DNA of 64,000 nucleotides, taken from Candidatus Cloacimonadota bacterium. Its GTDB lineage: Bacteria; Cloacimonadota; Cloacimonadia; G963667145. Positions within the stretch are counted from its first letter, which is position 1; each line of letters begins with the position of its first letter. Below are positions 59,601 to 64,000 of this stretch, piece by piece. The notes beneath the pieces were generated by a model. The model was not told where the DNA came from, searched no databases, and was given only the letters and a program-made list of their open reading frames with translations. The stretch lies in contig OY781061.1 in NCBI GenBank assembly GCA_963676515.1, positions 660,776 through 724,775 of the forward strand, read 5' to 3'. The position numbers and the translations under genes are program-made.

Positions 59601-62600
59601 GCCGTTTCCATTGTAAGCTATTACTTTGTAGGAATACTCCGTATCTGCAGTGAGTCCCAAGATGTCAGCGTAGAAGTTGCTACTAATGTCACTAGCTATC
59701 TTGTATTTTGTACTGCTCGCGGCTCGACGATACACTTTGTAGTCTGTGGCGCCATCGACTTCGCCCCAAGATAAATTTATTTGTGATGAGCTAACGACAC
59801 TGTCAGTGAGATTCTCAGGAGGCGAAACAACTGTGGTGTCACTTGCGATATTAGAGTAATCGGACTCCCCTACTCCGTTATAAGCTCGGATTTTGTAGTA
59901 ATACTCTGTGTTTGCGATGAGTCCTGTGCTGTCACTGTAGGACTCGCTACTGGCAACGCCCACACTGTCGTAAATCCCACTAGCGGAGAGTGATCTGTAT
60001 ATTTTGTAGCCGTCTATTCCAGCGACTGGTCCCCAAACTAAGTCTATTTGCGAAGAGCTTTTGGATGTGGCAGACAAGCCCGCAGGTGCTGAGACAATCG
60101 TGGTTGCTCTCAAGGTGTCGGAATATTCACCATCGCCGTTTACATTGTAAGCTAGCACTTTGTAACTATACTCCTTGTTTGCGTGGAGCTCTGTGCTTTG
60201 CCAGGTAGTGCTCGTGCCGAGAGTTGTGATGTTAAAAGTATTACCGTCGTCTGCAGAGAACCAGACGCGATAACCAGTCGCTCCCTTGACTGAGTCCCAA
60301 GACAGGTTTATTTGAGAAGAGTCTACAACACTATCGGTGAAATTGAGCGGAACTGCGACGAGCGTGGTCTTGCTCACGGTGCTAGAGGCTTCCGACTCTC
60401 CCGCATCGCTATAGGCGGTCACTTGGTAGGAGTACTCGGTGTCTGCTACAAGCTCTTTGCTTTCGTAAGCGAGCTCCCCAGTAACATCGCCGATTTCAGT
60501 GCTATCTCCAGCACTATTTAATAGGTAAATTTTGTAACCCTTAGCTCCAGCGACTTCGCTCCAAGCTAGGTCAATCTGAGAGGAGCTTTCGGCTGTGGCA
60601 GTCACGCTTGCTGGGGTTGCGACGATTGTGGTGACAATCAATGTGTAAGAAAATTCGCTGTCGCCTTTGCCATTGTAGGCTAGCACTTTGTAATGGTAGG
60701 TCGCGTTCGGAGCAAGTCCCGTGCTCTGGTAGGTGGTGACATTGCCTACTGCTATCTCGCTGTAAGATTGACCGCTGTCTGCAGAGAAAGCGAGGCGATA
60801 GCCCGTTGCTCCAGCGACCGAGCTCCAGCTCAGGTCTATCTGCGATGAGCTGATAACACTGTCGGTGAGGTTGCTCGGAGCGGCGACCTTCGTGGTGTCG
60901 CTCAGTGTGTCGGAAAATTCACTCTCGCCGTTGCCATTGTAAGCCAGCACCTTGTAGAAGTAAGCTGTATTCGCACTGAGCCCTGTGCTGTGGTAGATGA
61001 GGCTGTTGGTGTCGCCGATTACCTTGTACTCTCCACCAATGGCGGGTGCTCGGTATATTGCATAGCTGGCTGCTCCAGCGACGATATTCCATCGCAAATC
61101 TATGCGTGATGCACTCACGACGCTGTCGGTGAGATTACTCGGAGCTAGGACGATTGTGGTGTCGCACAATGTGCTAGAGAACGCACCATCGCCTTTGCCA
61201 TTGTAGGCTAGCACTTTGTAGTAGTGCACGCTATTTGCGGTGAGTCCCGCGTGGCTGTAGGTGGTGACGACACAATCTACTGTGTCGTCATAAGTTACGC
61301 CGTCTGCAGAGATTGCGAGACGATAGCCATCTGCTCCGTCGACTTTGCCCCAAAACAGCTTTATCTGTGATGAGCTGACGACACTGTCGATAAAATTACT
61401 CGGCGCGGCGACGATAGTGATGTCACTCACGACGCTAGAGGTGTCTGACTCTCCTGCTCCGCTGTAGGCTGTCACCTTGTAGGAGTAGGTTGTGTTTGGG
61501 CTGAGCCCTGTGCTGTGGCAAATCGTATCTGTGACAAGGTCAACTTCGGTGTAACCTCCATCGCTATTTAATTGGTAAATTTTGTAGCCTGTCGCTCCAG
61601 CGACTTTGCCCCAAGATAAGTCTATTCGCTCAGAACTTCGGGTTGTGGCGAAAACGGAACTCGGAGCGACAACAATAGTGGTATCGCTCAGTATGGCAGA
61701 GAATTTGCTGTAACCTTTTGTATTATATGCCCTTACCTTGTAGTAATGCACGCTATTTGCGGCAAGTCCTGTGTCGCTGTAGGTGGTTACATTGCCTACT
61801 GCTGTGTCGCTGTATGTCCGCCCGCTATCTACAGAGAACGAGAGGGAGTAGCCGTCTGCACCAGTGACTGCATCCCAATAGAGATCAATCTGCGATGCAC
61901 TGCTGACACTATTGGTGAGATTGCTCGGAGCGGCGACGATTGTGGTGTCGCTCACTATGCTGGAATATTTGCTATCGCCATTACCATTCGAGGCTTTCAC
62001 CTTGTAGGAATAGACTGTGTTCGCCGTGAGCCCTGTGTCGCTGTAGAAGTTGCTACTGATACCGCCGACACTGTCGTTCACTCCACCACTGGCGGGTGTG
62101 CGGTATATTGTGTAGCTGGCAGCTCCGGGGACTGTGTCCCATCGCAAATCTATGCGTGAAGCACTCACGACGCTGTCACTGAGATTGCTCGGCGGTGCGA
62201 CGATGGTGGTGTCGCTCACTGTGCTGGAGGCTTTGCTGTCGCCGACTGCACTGTATGCTCTCACCCTGTAGAAGTACTCGGTATTTGCAGTGAGTCCTGT
62301 GCTTTGGTAGGCGGTGACATTGCCCAGAATGGTGTCTAGGTAATTTATATCATCGTCTGAGAAAGAGAGAGAATAGCCGTCTGCTCCATCCACTTCGCTC
62401 CACGATATGTCGATTCGAGATGAGCTCTTGCTTTTGGCAGTTACATTCCTCGGTGTCAAGACCATCGTGTAGGTGCTCAAGGTGTCCGAGAATTTGCTAT
62501 AGCCTCTCAGATTGTAGGCTCGCACTGCGTAGAAATACTTCGTGTTTGCCTCGAGACCTGTGCTGTGGTAGAGAGTGTCCGTGCCGACAGGTGTGTAACT

Positions 62601-64000
62601 GTAAGTTTGACCGCTGTCGGCAGAGAAAGAAAGATAATATTCTGTGGCACCAGCGACTTTGCTCCACGACAAATCTATCTTTGAAGAGTCTACAACTTTA
62701 TAGGAAAAATTGGCAGGTACTGCGACAATCGTGGTGTCGCTCACGATGTCAGAGAAGCCAGATTCCCCAGCGGCACTGTAAGCTGTCACTTTGTAGTAGT
62801 AGCCTGTGTTCGCTGCGAGTCCCGTGCTCTGGTAGGAAGTAACTTTGCCAAGGTCAACTCCGCTGTAAACTCCACTGCTAGAGTCTGATGTGTATATTAT
62901 GTAGCCAGTAGCTCCAGCGACTTTGCCCCATGATATGTTTATTTGAGTTGAGCTTTTAGTTTTCGCTAATACACTAGTCGGAGCTAAGACCTTTGTGGTG
63001 ACTATAAATCTGTCAGAAAATTCGCTATAGCCGTTATTATTGTATGCCTGAACCTTGTAGTGGTAGGCTTTATTGGCGGTGAGTCCTGTGAAGTGATAAG
63101 TGGTGGTGCTATCGACCACAGGGGTGATACTGTAAGTTTCCCCATCGTCTGCAGATAAATAGAGAGAATAGCCCTCTGCTCCCGCGACTGTATCCCAAGA
63201 TATGTTTATTTGAGAAGAACTAACGACAGTATCGGATAAACCAGTAGGAGCGGCTACAATCGTGGTTTTACTTATTATGCTAGAGTTTCCACTGGTGTGG
63301 GCATTATTAGAAGACTGCACCTTGTAAAAATACTTCGTGTTTGCACTGAGCAATGTGTCGTGGTAAACTGTATCTTTGACTATAACTATATCGCTAAAAG
63401 TTACGCTGTCTTTTGATGCGTGGAGACGATATTCCGCTGCACCACTGACTGCGTCCCAAGATATGTCTATTTGAGAGGAGCTTTTGGCTATGGCAGTTAC
63501 ATTTTCAGGGGTAATTACATTTATTCTCCCTTTTACTACTTCCGAGAACTCCGATGTGTCCGCAGCGTTATAAGCTTCCAACTTGTAAAAATATTCTATA
63601 TCCGGATAGGAAACAAGGTCATTGTAAGAAAGAACACTGCCAATATTTTTAGCGGTATAGCTCTTGCCATTGTCTGCCGATTTATAGAGAAAATAACCTG
63701 TTACTCCACTGGCGATATCCCAAGACAATCTTATATGTGTCTGGTCCTGAACGACAAGAGAAAGTCCTTCTGGTTTCAATAGACTCAATCTCACATCTAC
63801 GGTATTTGAAAAATCCGAAACTTTAGTCGCCCTATAAGCTTTTAATCTGTAAAAATATTTTATGTATGAATTGGAAATTATATCTGTGTAGGAAATCTCA
63901 CTGCCGACATCTATCTGGGTGTATATCTCGCTGGTGGTAGAATGTCTGTAGAGATAGTAACCTTCTGCACCATCGACAGCGTCCCACGACAAAGATATTT
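53613..64000 (-). CDS. Giant surface lipoprotein paralog 3, 5'-truncated by the window edge (more than 3,460 aa visible). FN3-like modules and a C-terminal BspA/DUF285-type LRR block (~16 repeats, 53613-54800).
   Basis: The ORF is open to the window end; the 'M' given in the track is only the first in-frame Met. It is co-linear with paralog 2 and locally ~90% DNA-identical to it (e.g. 60900-61380 vs 48360-48840). Confidence 0.8.
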   Translation of the reverse strand, partial: ISLSWDAVDGAEGYYLYRHSTTSEIYTQIDVGSEISYTDIISNSYIKYFYRLKAYRATKVSDFSNTVDVRLSLLKPEGLSLVVQDQTHIRLSWDIASGVTGYFLYKSADNGKSYTAKNIGSVLSYNDLVSYPDIEYFYKLEAYNAADTSEFSEVVKGRINVITPENVTAIAKSSSQIDISWDAVSGAAEYRLHASKDSVTFSDIVIVKDTVYHDTLLSANTKYFYKVQSSNNAHTSGNSSIISKTTIVAAPTGLSDTVVSSSQINISWDTVAGAEGYSLYLSADDGETYSITPVVDSTTTYHFTGLTANKAYHYKVQAYNNNGYSEFSDRFIVTTKVLAPTSVLAKTKSSTQINISWGKVAGATGYIIYTSDSSSGVYSGVDLGKVTSYQSTGLAANTGYYYKVTAYSAAGESGFSDIVSDTTIVAVPANFSYKVVDSSKIDLSWSKVAGATEYYLSFSADSGQTYSYTPVGTDTLYHSTGLEANTKYFYAVRAYNLRGYSKFSDTLSTYTMVLTPRNVTAKSKSSSRIDISWSEVDGADGYSLSFSDDDINYLDTILGNVTAYQSTGLTANTEYFYRVRAYSAVGDSKASSTVSDTTIVAPPSNLSDSVVSASRIDLRWDTVPGAASYTIYRTPASGGVNDSVGGISSNFYSDTGLTANTVYSYKVKASNGNGDSKYSSIVSDTTIVAAPSNLTNSVSSASQIDLYWDAVTGADGYSLSFSVDSGRTYSDTAVGNVTTYSDTGLAANSVHYYKVRAYNTKGYSKFSAILSDTTIVVAPSSVFATTRSSERIDLSWGKVAGATGYKIYQLNSDGGYTEVDLVTDTICHSTGLSPNTTYSYKVTAYSGAGESDTSSVVSDITIVAAPSNFIDSVVSSSQIKLFWGKVDGADGYRLAISADGVTYDDTVDCVVTTYSHAGLTANSVHYYKVLAYNGKGDGAFSSTLCDTTIVLAPSNLTDSVVSASRIDLRWNIVAGAASYAIYRAPAIGGEYKVIGDTNSLIYHSTGLSANTAYFYKVLAYNGNGESEFSDTLSDTTKVAAPSNLTDSVISSSQIDLSWSSVAGATGYRLAFSADSGQSYSEIAVGNVTTYQSTGLAPNATYHYKVLAYNGKGDSEFSYTLIVTTIVATPASVTATAESSSQIDLAWSEVAGAKGYKIYLLNSAGDSTEIGDVTGELAYESKELVADTEYSYQVTAYSDAGESEASSTVSKTTLVAVPLNFTDSVVDSSQINLSWDSVKGATGYRVWFSADDGNTFNITTLGTSTTWQSTELHANKEYSYKVLAYNVNGDGEYSDTLRATTIVSAPAGLSATSKSSSQIDLVWGPVAGIDGYKIYRSLSASGIYDSVGVASSESYSDSTGLIANTEYYYKIRAYNGVGESDYSNIASDTTVVSPPENLTDSVVSSSQINLSWGEVDGATDYKVYRRAASSTKYKIASDISSNFYADILGLTADTEYSYKVIAYNGNGESEASSVLTTRTRVLAPAGLTATTQSASRIDLAWDEVSGASSYAIYRAPAIGGAYDSIGVDSSEFYADSTGLSSYTSYYYKVKAYSDAGKSAYSNMAMDTTMVAAPSNIIDSVISATQIKLSWDLVPGAINYTIHRASTIGGDYSQIGRVTEESYSDYSELIAATDYFYKVKAHNAKGDSEDSEIIKVTTRVLAPTDLVATAKSPSQIDLAWSKVKGADDYIIYRSLSSDKDYSSVGVTSSEQYNDSTGLTANIEYFYKVTASSASGESVLSDVASDTTIFLAPTNLVVTAQSSSQIGLSWSSVAGATSYNIYRATASNGDYQPAGTASSDSYEDNTELSAHTEYFYRVTAYNAGGESDSSETQSATTIVAAPANLTYEVVSAKQINLKWDSVVGATSYKISREPSSDVSVIKISTNYYESTGLSANTEYSYKVTATNANGDGAASEIKVTTRVLAPANLSATSKSSSKIALAWDEVMGKDGYIIYRAPSSNGVYDSVGVATTKSYEDSTGLAPNTVYYYMVKAYSGAGKSEYSNMASDTTIVAAPTNFADSVASAKQIDLSWSTVQGATTYKVYQSSSSGDIETKGIKDTFHNIQGLTPNTEYVYKVTAINTNGESEASSVLTATTRLNAPTSLLVTPKSSSQLDLTWDPVTDVMSYKIYRALTSTGTYAYIDSATSESYEDSTGLSANTKYFYKVTANNDAGESAFSSRASDTTRVLAPTNLADSIVSSSQINLSWSKVAGATSYTIYRALASNGVYQPIGDTTTAYYYSTGLAANTAYLYKVTANNGNGESEYSQAKEVTIIVQAPTNVSAIAKSSSRIDLAWNEVEQAKSYIIYRATTTDGAYDSVGVSSSDFYYDSTDLTSSTEYFYKVKSYSNAGKSEFSLIVSDFTIVATPTHLTDSIVSAKQINIYWNKVAGATSYRCYFSIDGGQTYRDATVGNDTFYFHSGLIANKEYYYKVKAYDANSESGFSDSLGATTKVLAPANLVATSQSSTQIDLAWDAVTDADDYKIYRAPTRDGEYIDVGVASSESYEDTTGLAANKEYFYKVTAKNASGESDYSIFASDTTIVAAPTNLADSVVSESRIDLSWDTVVGATSYYLSYSVDGSSYTDTAVGDVTTYSHTGLSANTEHYYKVQAHNGNGKSEFSSTLLDTTIVAAPANLTDSVISASQIDLSWSLVAGAAGYDIYIDTSRDGNYTRKEATTDTSFSIESLIANTVYFYKVLAHNGNGESEFSDTLSDTTIVAAPVNLIDTITSSSQIDIYWDTVVGATDYYLAYSADSGKTYTDTAVGNVTSYSHTGLIADTEYYYKVLAHNTKGNSEFSDELRATTRVLAPTGFSATTKSAFQIDLSWSEVEGKTGYKIYRSASSDGTYSEIDDITDTTYQSKELSANTTYYYKVTAYSDAGESEYSSKASETTMVAAPTNLTKTSATSSQITISWNKVEGATGYYFYFADGNLSFAGTSVGNVTSCTKKELTSNTIYHCKVIAYNEKGDSEVSNTLIVTTKVDAPTNLSAKTTTFGQINLSWSSVQGVTQYYIYRADSEYSSYSPIGNVAGTSYNDTWLSENQEYYYKVKAYTAAAGESADSNIANATTYITEATLRSKVAAGDDVTLVNTGGITDMSGLFYDKTKFNQDISKWDVSKVTDMSEMFYAADAFNQDIGGWQMNSVTNMEKMFFFAKAFNQDIGGWDVNNVTNMNSMFQSAFAFNQDIGGWNVSKVTNMSFMFCNASAFNQDIGDWVVGNVTTMRYMFSGASAFNQYIGGWKVSNVTDMSYMFSEASVFNQYIGGWDTEKLTNTSYMFYRAYAFNKSIYSWRMLMVTDMSHMFYEASAFNQDIGGWAVNSASNMSYMFYGADAFNQDIGDWAVSSASNMSYMFYGADAFNQDIGGWNVSSVTNMRYMFCAAKDFNQDISDWTVNKVTDMEGMFYSAVAFYRDIGGWDVSSVTDMDYMFYGVSCFIFDLSGWDVEKVTSHEDYDVGAYNWSFQKRPPFSD

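Overview
The window is low-GC overall and has three parts.

(1) Positions 1-644 hold GC-rich modular palindromic repeats.

(2) Positions 645-29588 hold a ~29-kb, very AT-rich block of 26 co-directional, tightly packed or overlapping minus-strand genes (GC ~30% by eye). They encode a cell-surface polysaccharide (O-antigen or capsule-type) pathway:
- GalE and a WbpL/WecA-like initiating transferase.
- FnlA/FnlB/FnlC (the UDP-L-FucNAc route).
- A TviB/TviC-like pair (the UDP-GalNAcA route).
- RfbA/RfbB plus an aminotransferase, a WbqC-like protein and a GNAT (a dTDP-4-amino-6-deoxyhexose route).
- An ATP-grasp enzyme, a second DegT-type aminotransferase and a CBS-domain nucleotidyltransferase.
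- Wzx, a Wzy-like protein, four or five glycosyltransferases, an OafA-like acyltransferase, a pyruvyl-transferase-like protein and a small wHTH regulator.

(3) Positions 29771 to beyond 64000 hold a tandem array of three giant paralogous minus-strand genes (10.1 kb, 10.9 kb and more than 10.4 kb; the last is cut by the window edge). They are much more GC-rich (~45-50% by eye). Each encodes a predicted lipoprotein of ~3,400-3,650 aa made of roughly 30 back-to-back ~97-aa fibronectin-type-III-like modules. Each ends in a C-terminal block of 25-residue 'FNQDISGWDVSNVTxMxxMF' repeats (BspA/DUF285/Liste_lipo_26-type LRR).

The giant genes are separated by 1.3-1.5-kb GC-rich spacers assembled from a few reusable palindromic modules (called BA, C, D and E here). 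Each gene ends in a conserved hairpin + U-tract terminator (E). The same modules occur at 1-644, on the far side of the polysaccharide locus. This suggests the AT-rich polysaccharide island sits inside a spacer of the giant-gene array.

Taxon is not determinable from sequence alone. The lipobox followed by acidic residues, the weak SD sequences and TAnnTTTG-like promoter motifs are compatible with Bacteroidota, but spirochaete or other origins are not excluded. No rRNA, tRNA, CRISPR, transposase or integrase was recognised.
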